64,000 nucleotides of DNA, from NCBI GenBank assembly GCA_950097015.1, contig CATNEN010000039.1, positions 7,192,001-7,256,000 on the forward strand. The letters are read 5' to 3'. This DNA is from Macrostomum hystrix. Its lineage: Eukaryota > Animalia > Platyhelminthes. Made by a program: the position numbers and the translations under genes. Below the pieces are notes generated by a model that saw only the letters and a program-made list of their open reading frames with translations, was not told where the DNA came from and ran no database searches. This document shows, one piece after another, positions 1-12,299 of the stretch (position 1 is the stretch's first letter; each line of letters opens with the position of its first letter).

Positions 1-545
1 CTGACTGGATAGAACTGGTCTGGCTTCTAAGAAACTGATTTGATAGAACTGGTCTGGTTTCTAAGAAACTGATTAGATAGAACTGGTCTGGTTTCTAAGA
101 AACTGATTAGATAGAACTGGTCTGGTTTCTAAGAAACTGATTAGATAGAACTGGTCTGGTTTCTAAGAAACTGATTGGATAGAACTGGTCTGGCTTCTAA
201 GAAACTGATTAGATAGAACTGGTCTGGCTTCTAAGAAACTGATTAGATAGAACTGGTCTGGTTTCTAAGAAACTGATTAGATAGAACTGGTCTGGTTTCT
301 AAGAAACTGATTAGATAGAACTGGTCTGGCTTCTAAGAAACTGATTAGACAGAACTGGTCTGGTTTCTAAGAAACTGATTGGATAGAACTGGTCTGGTTT
401 CTAAGAAACTGATTAGATAGAACTGGTCTGGTTTCTAAGAAACTGATCGGATAGAACTGGTCAGGTTTCTAAGAAACTGATAGAATAGAACTGGTCTGGT
501 TTCTAAGAAACTGGTTGGATGAATTAGTCTGGTTTCTAAGAAACA
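1..545. repeat. 34-bp minisatellite (GATAGAACTGGTCTGGTTTCTAAGAAACTGATTA), truncated by the window start
   Basis: About 16 tandem copies with period 34 (units start at 8, 42, ...). Confidence 0.95.
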
Positions 546-978
546 GATTTCTAATCTGGTATGATTTCTAATGCCAGATCATGTTTAAAAAGTTACAGAG
601 CTACTGCAATTTGCTAGTAAGATTACTGAGCAGCTCACAAGTTTACCTGAGCTCTGTTTTACTGTCGGCTACGCACAAGTCCGGTTTTCTGAAGACAGCG
701 AGAACTCGTATTGATTTTTGTGCGAAACTTGAGAATGTCCTCTCTGCTCCAATAAAACTGGATTACTGCCTATACCGATTGGTGTAAGAAAAGTTGAGCA
801 TAGTTATAAAAATACAGCACTCTCACACACACTGCCGCATGTACTCGTGGATAGGTGCAACAGCTGGCTGCCGGGTGTTGGAATATGCAGTTCCGCTGCC
901 CTAGATCTCCTTTGAAACCCGCATAGAAATAGGCATTTGCTTGTGAGGGGAGCCCATATTGATGCTTCCAATCGCCCC

Positions 979-3900
979 ATGGACATGCTAAGCTCAAGGC
1001 CAAGCACCAATGAATCGGCTGACCGGCCTGGACTGTCAGCCCAGGCGCTGCAAGAGACTCGCGTGGACATTGACCGCAGCCTTCCCTCCTGCCTGGTGGC
1101 CCTGGGTCGGGACGCCTTTCCTGTACTGCTGGCTGACGATAGAGTAGTGATCGCAGCCTCCAGGTACGGCCGGGGTCGGCTTGTGCACTTTGGTCACGAA
1201 GCATTTCTGACGGGATCGGCGGGATGCACCGGCTGGGACTCGGTGCTCCGGCCTTGCCTGGACTGGGCCCTCCGGCTGCCGCTGGCGGACGAAAGATCCG
1301 ACGGCAATGGCAATGGCGCCGAAATCTCGATTGGCACCGACGCCAGCCTTGATGAGAGTCACGCGTTCGCTGTGGAGCGGTACGAGCCTACTCTACCCTG
1401 CCACTCTACCCTGCCACTATACCCTGCCACTCTACCCTGCCACTCTACCCTGCCACTCTACCCTGCCACTCTACCCTGCCACTCTACCCTGCCACTCTAC
1501 CCTGCCACTCTACCCTGCCACTCTACCCTGCCACTCTACCCTGCCACTCTACCCTGCCACTCTACCCTGCCACTCTACCCTACCACTCTAACCTACCACT
1601 CTACCCTACCAATCTACTCTGCCACTCTACCCTGCCACTCTACTTGTCCCACTCTACTTGTCCCACTCTACTTGTCCCAATCTACCCAGCCCCACTCCAC
1701 TTGTCCCACTCTACCTGTCTGTTGTTGTTGACTGTGTTCTTCAGTCTTCACCCCCCAACCGCCAACACCCGCAGCTTCAAGCTGATGAGGCTGTCTCGCT
1801 CGGACTTGTCCATCAACCGCTGCCGTGTGTTCCTGACGCTGTCCTACAGCGACGCTGACGCTGAGCGCCTCGTGAGCTTCGTGGCCTCCGGTGGCTGCGT
1901 GCTGAGCGGCGGCCAGGCCTGGCACTGGAGCTACTCCAATGCGGGAAAGTCGGCCCTGCGGCATTACCCCGGCAACGCCTGGCTCTGCCCGATGGGCCTC
2001 GGCGTCACCGCCGATGTGGCTGAGGGATGCGACCGGCTCCGGCCAGCCGACTCCGACGCGCCCGGCCTTGTCACCATGCTGACGGACGGTGTCGGTGCGA
2101 CCGACGCTTTGAAGTTCGCTGGCGATCGAGTCTTTGTCAGCGACACGATCGGCCTGGCCGGCTTCGAGGCAGCCTGGGAGGCGCTGCTGACAACCCGCGT
2201 CTCATCCGGACACTTCAAAGCCTGGATTGACGTGCTGCGCAGTCAGCAGCGGTCCGACCGCACCATCCTGCTAGGCCAGGCCCCGTCATTGACCGATGCC
2301 CGCCCCGGCGGCCACCTGGCCTCGGCTCTGTTGGCCCACGGCCGCTACGCCTTCCCAGTGTTCGTCAGCGAATCCGGCTGCCCAGTTGTGGTCGCCACCA
2401 GGTTTGGCCGGGGTCGGGTCGTGCAGTTCGGGCACGAAGCCTATCTAGACGGCTGCCACGGCTTGGAGGCGCTGCTGCTCGGCTGCCTCGACTGGAGCCG
2501 CGGCTGCGGCGACGCAAGCGACGGCGATGTTGTCGTCATCGGAACCGATCTGGATTTGGCAGAGGGCCACGCGTTCAAACGGTTAGACGGGTGCGTGCCT
2601 GTTCTAGCGTGTGCTATAGACTCCTGTATATCTAACAGGTTACTGCAAATCTAACATGTTCCTGCATATCTAACATATTCCTGCATATCTAACAGACTCC
2701 TGCATATCTAACATATTTCTGTATATCTAACATATTCCTGCATATCTAACATATTCCTGCATATCTAACAGATAATGGTTTATCTATATAAGTTATGACT
2801 CAGTAGACTTTGCAGGAGGTCAATTGGTGTTATAGTCAGACAAGGTTTACTTAATTTTGTTTAACAGAGGTCTTAGTTAATTACCGATATCGAAGCTTAT
2901 TTAGCAGCATGGAACCCGCAGCTTCAAGCTGATGAGGCTGTCTCGCTCGGACCTGTCCATCGCCCGCTGCTGTGTGTTCCTGACGCTGTCCTACAGCGAC
3001 GCTGACGCTGAGCGCCTCGTGAGCTTCGTGGCCTCCGGTGGCTGCGTGCTGAGCGGCGGCCAGGCCTGGCACTGGAGCTACTCCAATGCGGGAAAGTCCG
3101 CCCTGCGGCATTACCCCGGCAACGCCTGGCTCTGCCCGATGGGCCTCGGCGTCACCGCCGATGTGGCTGAGGGATGCGACCGGCTCCGGCCAGCCGACTC
3201 CGACGCGCCCGGCCTTGTCACCATGCTGACGGACGGTGTCGGTGCGACCGACGCTTTGAAGTTCGCTGGCGATCGAGTCTTTGTCAGCGACACGATCGGC
3301 CTGGCCGGCTTCGAGGCAGCCTGGCAGGCGCTGCGGTCAAGATCAAAAGCAGCGGATAAAGACCGGCTGGACCAGGGCCTGTGGCTGGCGCCTCTGCTGC
3401 TCAGGGAGCATGCCAGTGTGAGTGCCAACCCAATTATATGCAGCCTCTAGCTACACATTTAGCTGACTGTGTATATTTTGGCCTTCAGCAACAGGGGTGG
3501 GGCTGGGGAGGGGCAGAAAAGCGTGGTCAGGGCGACAACTTCTCCAGCCAATCAGAGCGGGGTTTGCAGGGTTTGGCTAGACTGCCAAATTTTTTTATAT
3601 GGAACCTTTGAGAAATTACGGATCGGCATGGTTTCAGGGTCCGATTCCTGGTAGAATAAAGACCTGATCAGTGAGAAATGCGGCCCAGGCATACAGTAAA
3701 TACGAATGACTCGTAAGAAACAAATTACCTGTACTTTACACAAATCTTATTAGTGGGGAAGAACAATTTGTCAGCGCTAATTAAAATTCCTTATTTACAT
3801 TCAGCATCGCATTAAGTTTGTGGACTCGCGACAAGGTGAAAATCAGCGACCTTATTTTTCTGCGCTTTAAAAACCAATACGCAGAGTACGTGACATAACA

Positions 3901-6900
3901 ATGATCTGTAAGTAGAGTAAGTGCTGAGGCGCGATGATACAATTTCTTTAGAACTGCTGCCACGAATCGGATATGTTAAATTTCCTGAGGACTATTGCAG
4001 GATCAAGATAAGCTTTTCATCATTTTATTTCCTTACTTTGATCGAACGACATTGCGACACTCCTTGCTCATGAGTACGACTGACTATACTTTGAATGAGT
4101 CAGTTCTGGGTATACCCACAAGCTTTATATAAATTGTGGTGGGCGTTGCAGCCGGCAGCAGTCCCAGGCGGCGCAGTACCGTCTTCGGTCTGGCCTCGGT
4201 CAGCAGATTAGATAATAAAACTACGTGGCTACTCGCACTGGTGCTCCGGGTAAAAGAGTCCGGATCATCGGATCGTTCCTGTGACAAATACGAAAGCTTT
4301 GAGTCGACGTTTGCCTGTACAGCAAAAAATACTGCTCACTCAGAAGTCTTGAATAATTCGAGTCAAATTGCCCGGATCATTGCCAGTGTCCGGATCTACA
4401 TTATACGGATCAGAGTTGATTTCAGTGTCAAGTCCTGGATCTTTGTCCTGATCACTTTGGCCCGCAAATAGGAAATAATCAGGGTGTCAAAGGTAGATTC
4501 TGGTGAAATTCCCGTAAAATGTTCAACCGGAGCAGAGTTGATTCCTGGAAAAATTCCAGGAAAGTTCTGACTTCCGGACCAAAGTGATCCGGGCAATAAT
4601 CCGGGACTTCACTCAGAAATCAACTCTGATCCGGGAAATCAACCCAGATCCTACCTTTGTCACCCAGATCATTTCCAATAAAAGAATTCCGTTTTCCTTT
4701 GTCACCCGGGGCTTCACTTGGAAATTACCTCCGATTCGGAAAGGGTAATACGAGTAAGGACGGGCCAGAGGGTGAGAGCTGAAAAGGATGGGTGAGGAAA
4801 GAGAGACGAGCAGCTAGCCAATCAGAGACGAAAGAGAGGAAAGAGAAGTGAAGGTTAACTAAGAAGTTGAACAGACAGAGGTAGAGAGGAGAAAGTACAG
4901 TTAGAGGGCGCTCAAGCGTAAACAAACACAGAGAGATGGGAGACTGCCCGGGCAGGGGCCGCAGGGGGAGGGAGGGACTGAGGCAGAGCATTCCACAGCC
5001 TCCCCACATCATAACCCGCAGTCGCCGAGTGGCACTCTTTTGTACCGCAGTCCGCTGGCCGAGTTATTTCCCGGCGATGTTGTCGGCCTAACCGACGCCG
5101 AAGCCGTCTCCGTTTCGCCGATCGACGCCGTTATTGACGCCAGCTACTCGGGGCTGCATGGCAGCTTCATGTACTCGGCACCCGAAGCTCCGGTTTGGCG
5201 CGCCACCGGAGCCTACGCGCCTCCTGGCCGACTCGTTGTGCTCGAAGCACCGATGTCTATCGCTAAAAAGGGCCTACAGATGCTGATTGGGTGCCACACT
5301 GATCTGGTGCCGGCGGGGAAGGCGCGACCGCCACGAATTCACATCCAATTCCCCATTGAAGACTCCATTACCAAGGGGTTTAATGTATACGGCGGTATTG
5401 TCTACGTGCTGGTGAGGTTGTGCGAAAGTGCCTGCACTTTACGCATATCAGCAATTGCTTTTGGACGCACCACTGCTTGTTTTTGCTTGATGTTTAGAGG
5501 TTCGGTCACGTGACCCAGAGGTCTAGAGTTGGAATCTTACCCAGAGAACTTGAGTTGTAAAATCTAGAAAAGGTGCGGCAGCCCCCAAGTCCATGGACTG
5601 AACAGCTGTACACAGCACTTTGATTCGGCGCGCAGTAACTGCGGCTTTGCGAATGGCTGTGCATCTTGCTGAACTTGATTTGTTTTTGTGAGCGTGTAGT
5701 AACGGGAATAAACTGTTTGGGATTGACTGCTCCATTAATAATGTACCCATAGATAGGCTAAAAATAGACTTGGAATTCCCTAATCGGTCCATTTTAGATA
5801 GAATAAAAAATGTACAGTTAGTATGATGTACAGCCGCACTGACTGAAAGAAGCATCTGAGGAATACGGCTACGTCATCAATGTACGTTATTCAGGTTTAC
5901 TAAAAATAGGCTTGGAATTCCCTGACCGGTCTATTTTTAGATTCCACCGGGCAGCAGTCTGGGTAAACAGGAGATTCGCCTCCAAGGCTGCGTGAGATAT
6001 CCGCTTTACCGTCTGAGCGGTGACGAAGATGAAGATGCAGCCTGCGCGGAGGCAGCGGAGGCTCAGTCAGTGGATTCGCTGTGTCTATCGGATCTGCGAA
6101 CAACTCGAGCCCCGATGTTCGAATTATGCGTGCCCGGCCAGCTGGTGATTTCGGCGCCAACGGACATTGGCCGGCGCTGGCTGCTGGCACCGGGGCCAAT
6201 CGGTTTGCGCCGGTTGGCGCTCCTGTGGCGCCGCGTGATGCGCGCCATCAACGAATTCCACTGGGTGAGCGTCGTCAGCAGCGGCGAGCGACCCAGGGAG
6301 GAAAGAATCGTTCTGGACAAGGCGATTTCCGCTGGTGAGGGGCAGGCTAGCAAACTTCCCACTTGTTATTTTTACTTCCCAATTTTACGCTCGCGCACTC
6401 ACTTCCCGCTAAAAAATTGGGATGTTTCTTAGGGTGATTCCAGTAGGAATCTGCGGTGTTTCCAGAAAAAGAAACAGCCGAACGCTGGAAGCATACCAAT
6501 CGGATGATTCCATGCTTGTAATCTGCCCAACTGGGCGGTTTCTCGGTGCTTCTTGGTGGCGAAATGGAATCAACCGAAGAATCCTCCAGTTCGGAAGATT
6601 CCATGTTCAGAAACCGCCGAGGAATCGACCGTAAAGAATTCTCTGGTTGTCCCATGGGCCACTGGTTCGGTTGATTTTTCGGCGGTTTCCGCATAATTTA
6701 CGATCACATCGGCTGCTTCCTGGGTGATTTCTTTAACTCTTGCGAGATAGGGGGATTTCGATAGATTCCACTCCTATTTTACACAAAAAACCCGCCGAAG
6801 AAGCAGCCGAATTTTTTACAGGGTTGTTGTACTTTCTCCTCTCTCCCTCTGTCTGTTCAACTTCTTAGCTAACCTTCACTTCTCTTTCCTTTCCCTCGTC

Positions 6901-8708
6901 TCTGATTGGCCAGCTGCTCGTCTCTCTTTCCTGACCCCCTTTTTCAGCTCTTACCCTTCTACCCCCTCCTTATCTCTTGGTTTATATATTTCATTCTCGG
7001 CCCAAAAGGCTTCTGCCTACCGCTTTTAAATTCGTTCAGTGCCGTGGCGAAACTTACTGCGAAGACTCAATTTATTTAAAGAAGTCGCCATACCAACCGC
7101 ATAGCAACGAGATGATAGCATTTATGACAGGTTCATTATTATACACCAGCCTGCCCCCCTCCCATCAAGGCTCGATGCACTCAGGCTATCCCATTATGGG
7201 ATATTTGGAATACGACGAGTGCCTGTTGTCGGCTGACAAGATGACAAGCCGGGGCTCCTGGGGCCCAGTGCACGAACTATGCCACAATCACCAGTGGCGC
7301 CAGCGGGAGTTCACGGGCACTGTGGAGGCATCCAACAATGTGCCAAATGTGTTCGTGCACGAGACGGTGAGAGGGCCGGGTTTTCGATGGAACTGCCCGC
7401 TCTGGGGATGGGTTGGGAAGTATGAGGAATGGTTTGGGAAGTGTGGGGAATATATTGGGAAGTGTGGGATGGGTTGGGATGTGTTGGATGGGTTGGGAAG
7501 TCTGAGGAATAGGTTGGGAAGTGTGGGATGGGTTGGGAAGTGTGGGGGATGGGTTGGGAAGTGTGGGGGATGGGTTGGGAAGTGTGGGGATTTTTTTGGG
7601 AAGTGTTGGATGGGTTGGGAAGAGTGAGATTTATTGGGAAGTCTGAGGAATGGGTTGGGAAGTGTGGGATGGGTTGGGAAGTGTGGGATGGGTTGGGAAG
7701 TCTGAGGAATGGGTTGGGAAGTGTGGGGAATGGGTTAGGAAGTGTGGGGAATGGGTTGGGATGTGTAGGGAATGGGTTGGAAAGTGTGGGATGGGTTTGG
7801 GATGTGTGGCGAATGGGTTGGGAAGTGTGGGGAATTGATTGGGAAGTGTGGGATGGGTTGGGAAGTGTGGGGAATTGATTGGGAAGTGTGGGATGGGTTT
7901 GGGAAGTGTGGGGAATGGGTTGGGAAGTGTGGGGGATGGATTGGGAAGTGTGGGATGGGTTTGGGAAGTGTGGGGAATGGGTTGGGAAGTGTGGGGGATG
8001 GATTTGGAAGTGTGGGGAATAGGTTGGGAAGTGTGGGATGGGTTTGGGAAGTGTGGGGAATGGACTGGGAAGTGTGGGCAATGGACTGGGACTGGGAAGT
8101 GTGGGCAATGGACTGGGACTGGGAAGTGTGGGCAATGGACTGGGACTGGGAAGTGTGGGCAATGGACTGGGAAGTGTGGGCAATGGACTGGGACTGGGAA
8201 GTGTGGGCAATGGACTGGGATGCTTAAGCAACGGATTGGGATGTGTGGGATTTGGAATTTGGAAAGTAACCGCTTTTGACTTTCTGCCCTCAATTTCCAA
8301 CCTTCCGTGCAGGTCCTTGGCATTCCTCGATCAAGTATACCCGACATCGCACCAGAGCTGCGCCTGTCTCGGCGCCAGGCCTACCTGGCGGGCGGCAAGA
8401 GCTTCTCGACCGAGTGGAACGTCTGGCTGGCCTTGGACACGTTTCTGCAGCTGCAGGAGGCCTTCGGGTGGGAACCGTTTAAGGCTTTGAATTGCCAGTA
8501 TAGGGACAATGCAAACTCGCAAGAAGTGGATGGAGGCGACAATCAGACGAAAATCGACACCTACGTGAAGCTGTTCTCTCGCCAGGTGTCGCTGGACCTG
8601 ACGCCATTCTTCGAGGCCTGGGGCGTACCGGTGTCCACGTCGGCGACAGCCGCTCTGATTGACCTACCGAAGTGGACCGACCACCCCTTGGCCGGCATTA
8701 AACAGTAG
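979..8708 (+). CDS. TCAF: TRPM8 channel-associated factor-like / M60-like (enhancin family) zinc metallopeptidase, 7 exons
   Basis: Exons 979-1379, 1775-2581, 2922-3417, 5022-5411, 5941-6334, 7170-7366, 8313-8708; all GT-AG with compatible phases. Motifs ASRYGRGRLVHFGHE, GGQAWHWS, WRATGAYAPPG, IGCHTD, ISAG|SMHSGYPI, WGPVHELCHNHQ (HExxH) with downstream E (TVEASNN), LQLQEAFGWEPF and DLTPFFEAWG. The start codon is tentative. Confidence 0.88.
1390..1715. repeat. 13-bp minisatellite (CCACTCTACCCTG) in TCAF intron 1
   Basis: Tandem copies; explains the LPCHSTLPLYPAT pseudo-ORFs. Confidence 0.95.
2620..2770. repeat. ~19-bp minisatellite (TGCATATCTAACATATTCC) in TCAF intron 2
   Basis: About 7 degenerate tandem copies. 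Confidence 0.85.
4405..4670. mobile_element. Fold-back / MITE-like palindromic element
   Basis: Inverted repeat pairs at ~4405-4460 / ~4580-4632, and GGGTGTCAAAGGTAGATTCTGG (~4482) / CCAGATCCTACCTTTGTCACCC (~4665). Confidence 0.55.
4740..4960 (-). mobile_element. Dispersed CT-rich repeat (family C), copy lacking the SL-like end
   Basis: Reverse complement of the element at 6830-7076 and 16885-17197 (TCTGTCTGTTCAACTTCTTAG...CTGATTGGC...CAGCTCT). Confidence 0.75.
6406..6822. mobile_element. MITE-like element with short terminal inverted repeats
   Basis: Left end CCCGCTAAAAAATT, right end AATTTTTTACAGGG; internal inverted ATCGGCTGCTTC / GAAGCAGCCGA. Confidence 0.5.
6830..7076 (+). mobile_element. 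Dispersed repeat family C ending in a spliced-leader-like sequence
   Basis: Homologous to 16885-17197; ends GCCGT..CTTACTGCGAAGACTCAATTTATT. Confidence 0.7.
7400..8220. repeat. G-rich ~19-27-bp minisatellite (GGGAAGTGTGGGATGGGTT) in TCAF intron 6
   Basis: Dozens of variant tandem units containing GGG tracts. Confidence 0.95.
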
Positions 8709-11397
8709 TATTGTGCACGGCATGATGAATATAATTCGTTTTGCAGCTTTGATGCAGCATTTTGGGCTGCAATACTTCATGGTGTGGTAAAGACTGACCG
8801 CTAATATTGAGAGGAACCTCTATAATATAGATTAGGCTTCTTGACTTGACTTCGTTTTTTGTTTTTGCTTTGTTTTGCATTATCATTGGTAGGTCCGTCA
8901 TATAAAAGTTTGATGGATTACTAAATACTGATATTTAGTTCGTATATGTCTAATAATATCTAACAATTTTCCCATTATGTTGAGTATAGTTTATTTGGCG
9001 CTTAGTTGTCCCTGGCAGCCATACAACAAGATAAGCCCAATGAAACATTTGATCTGCTTAAAATATTTTAAAGATAAAAAAAATAAACTAGACTTGGTAT
9101 ACTCATTGTCTTTATTTTATTCACAAATCCTCAAAAGCCAAATTTATTCTTAAAGAGCGCAGATTCTCAATTTTGTGAACGGTTTGTAAACTTTTCGTAA
9201 AATAAGTTTCAGTTGAAGTGGAGTAAAGCATTAAAGTATTGAGAATAGTTTTAATGTTTTAAATGCTATCACGCTCGTATGCTTGAGGCTTCGTAAGAAG
9301 ATATGTGCATATTATTGTACTCGAGTCGTCCTCGGCTCGAACTCGTATATTTGGTTCAAACCAAACCAGTCTTCGCCATGCCGGTTAAATGCACATGTTA
9401 TAGTATGCTATATATGTGTTAATATGTTATCTTTAAAAACTAATTATAGAAACCACAGAACATACCACAGAACTCAATATAGCAACCTCAATAAGTTCTG
9501 TGAATACCAACCTCTATTTCAAGGACCACTAGAAGATTGTTCTAGAACTTCTAGTGGTCCTTGCTCTATTTCTGCCTTTTGTAACGGTTTGTCAGTAAAT
9601 TACGTTAGTCTTCGACGTAGCTTAGATAAACAGTATCATGTACATATTTATTTTTAAAATCTTCAAAAAATGTTGAACCTTTTAATTAATTAAAAAACTT
9701 TTAAATAAGTGTTTACTAGCTATAAAATAAATTTATATGCATAGTTTCGCATTTATTGCTGGTTCGATTTCTACAAAACGGACAATAAAAAAATCGTGTA
9801 GCTAAATGGATGGGCAGACTAACAATTTTAAGAGTGTGATGTCCCTATGATCATAGCTTTTGCCAGTTTGTAAATATACTAAATTACCTAAATATATACT
9901 AAGATGCCTTGAATTAATATACTTCATCTTAATCAAATGCTCCGTATGCTTAAAAAACTCAATTGTTCTTGTCTGAATCGAATTTTTTATCGAACTTTAT
10001 CTAGCTATTAAGTAAAATGTTGATAGTCTGGCATTTATTTCATTTGTTTGCTATTTCAGTATATAATACAAACTGTTCATGTTTATTTAAACACATACAG
10101 CCAGTTTAGTTAGTCACTAACGCGATATATTGCAACCCCCAATGGCATAGTCATTTAGTCAACAGTCATAGTTTAAGTTACTAGTCGACTTAATTAGAAA
10201 GCCACTTGCGAGCAGTTTGTCAGCAGCTGATTACACAAAAAAATTGTTATGTTTTTATATTCTATTCCCATTAATACATTTATTAACTGATTAATAAAAT
10301 AATAGAAAACTGTGGCATCAACAATGGAGTCTACAAGGGGCATTAACAAAAGAAAGACCACATGGCCCATGGGTTATTTCAAATGCCCAAATTTTATGAA
10401 TCTAAAAAACTTAATTGAACTAAATTTAAATACATTTATTAAATTTATATCAATTTAAAGAACATGAAAATTGGCTAAAATTTTCAACTGTATTTTATGA
10501 AACAGCTTCTAGAATCACAAGTATCAGTATTGTGAAAATATTAGGCCTAAACATATAATTTTGGGGTATCTATCTAGTGACAAAAACACCAATATACTTT
10601 TTCTGCTTAAGAAATTTTGTCCTGTATAACCATGTATGCTATTTTCGTTGCTTACAATATATGCTAGGCCCTAGGGTTATTTTATAATATTTAATATCCC
10701 ACTGAATGCCACCAAAGTTGTCCTAGTGCTAATTATTATTCTAACTTTACTTTCACAATGTTGTTGTATTTCTTATTGTTAATATTCTACAAAAGTTGTT
10801 TTTATAGAGGTATTTGAATATATTAATTTCAATATTTTCTTAGAATTAATCTCTGAGAATGGATTTTATATATTTAAAAGAATTTATTTTAAAAGCATAT
10901 TTAGTTATTCTGAGTATTTTGTTTAATTATTCTGAGTATCACATTTAATTAGTCTAGGTAGCGTATTTAGTTACTCTGGCCGATTACTTTATTGTATGTA
11001 TGTATTTCTGAATAAAGGTTTTCTGAAGAGCATTACCAATGATCTCAAGTGAACAGCAATACTTTCTTCTTCTCTCTCTCTTGAATCTTTCTTAGTATTT
11101 GTCTCTGTATGTTTTATAAAGAATGATTCAAGAACACAATTCTGAGTATTGTATACAAACTTTGTTTCAAACTGTATTGAACAAGGTTAGTTTTTTTCCC
11201 TGGGTTTCACTCCCATATTTATACTAACTTTATATCGTTTCAAACAAAAAAATTACTGGGCATTCAAACAAACTATTTACAAATTTATGCAGTTTACACG
11301 TATTAAAACAATATATGAAAAAAAGTATTGGAATTTCAATTTTACTATATTTGGTCTGCATCAAATATAGTATTGATTATATTGCATATTTTTTAAT

Positions 11398-11704
11398 AAT
11401 AATAATAATAATAATTGATTACACCTGCCCCAATAGGGTCAGATGTGCAGCCGACAGCACAGCCGCAGCTAATGCGCGGCGCATCTGAAGGCTGCGTACA
11501 GCTGTTCAGTCCATTGACTGGGGGGATGCCACACCCACCTTCAATTATCCCAGCTAATGCTGGTACCCATTTAACAGCTGGGTGAACTGAAGCAATGCAG
11601 AGTTAAGTGTCTTGCTAAAGGACACAAATGGTTCCAGTGGAGTCGGGAATCGAACCCCCGACCTTCAAGTCGTGAGTCCGACGCCCACTAGGCTACAACC
11701 TCCC
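11398..11704 (-). mobile_element. tRNA-derived SINE family A (CORE-SINE-like)
   Basis: On the minus strand: A box TAGCCTAGTGG, B box GGTTCGATTCC, CORE-like GCAAGACACTTAACTCTGCATTGCTTCAGTTCACCCAGCTGTTAAATGGG and (TTA)n tail. Homologous copies at 47941 and 62462. Confidence 0.88.
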
Positions 11705-11737
11705 TAAGACGGCTCTTACTGCGAAGACTCAATTTAT
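11705..11737 (+). other. Spliced-leader (SL) exon-like fragment
   Basis: TAAGACGGCTCTTACTGCGAAGACTCAATTTAT; 23 nt are identical to 7053-7075. It matches my recollection of the Macrostomum SL (...ACGGTCTCTTACTGCGAAGACTCAATTTATTGCATG) without the 3' end. Confidence 0.7.
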
Positions 11738-12299
11738 ATTTTTTAATTAACCAATAATTGTATCACCACAGGTTTAATATACAGAGCAATGTCAGTTGTT
11801 CTTGTCACTAGGGTCTTTTGAAAAAATTGCTGAATAGCCCGAAATTGATGACATTGTAACTTTAAAATATGTTGTAGGTGGCTCCAACTGCAAGAGACTG
11901 TTGCAAAGCAGGCACACCTGAAAAGTGACTTGCACAGCCTGTTCAAGCTAGCCTGGCAAAAAACAACTGGCCTGTCCTTTAGTGAGGCTAATCCAGTCCC
12001 ACTGTCCACTGTCCCTAGGGTCCCGGCCAATCACAACACCTGGGACCCGCCATGATTGAGCCAGATTTAGGTAGATAAATGTTACGAATACTAGCGCTGA
12101 TACTGCCATCACTAAGTACTACTATAGCTCCGAATGAAACAACTTATACTACTATGAACACTATTATTACTACTGTTTAGTATTAGTAACGTTTCAACAT
12201 ATCTCGCTTTCAGAATCCAGTTGTAAAGTAGGATTATAATTTTAGCGATTGACTTAAGCAACCAAATCGCTTGTGACAGCCGACTCCTACAAGACAGTC

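Noticed and set aside
8710-11385. AT-rich region with a 124-aa ORF (9283-9657)
   Set aside because: No recognisable motif, and composition unlike the GC-rich exons; treated as 3' UTR/intergenic.
11640-11704. Possible tRNA genes (also 47941, 62462, 27939)
   Set aside because: A and B boxes are present but there is no complete cloverleaf, and each continues into a shared SINE body and tail.
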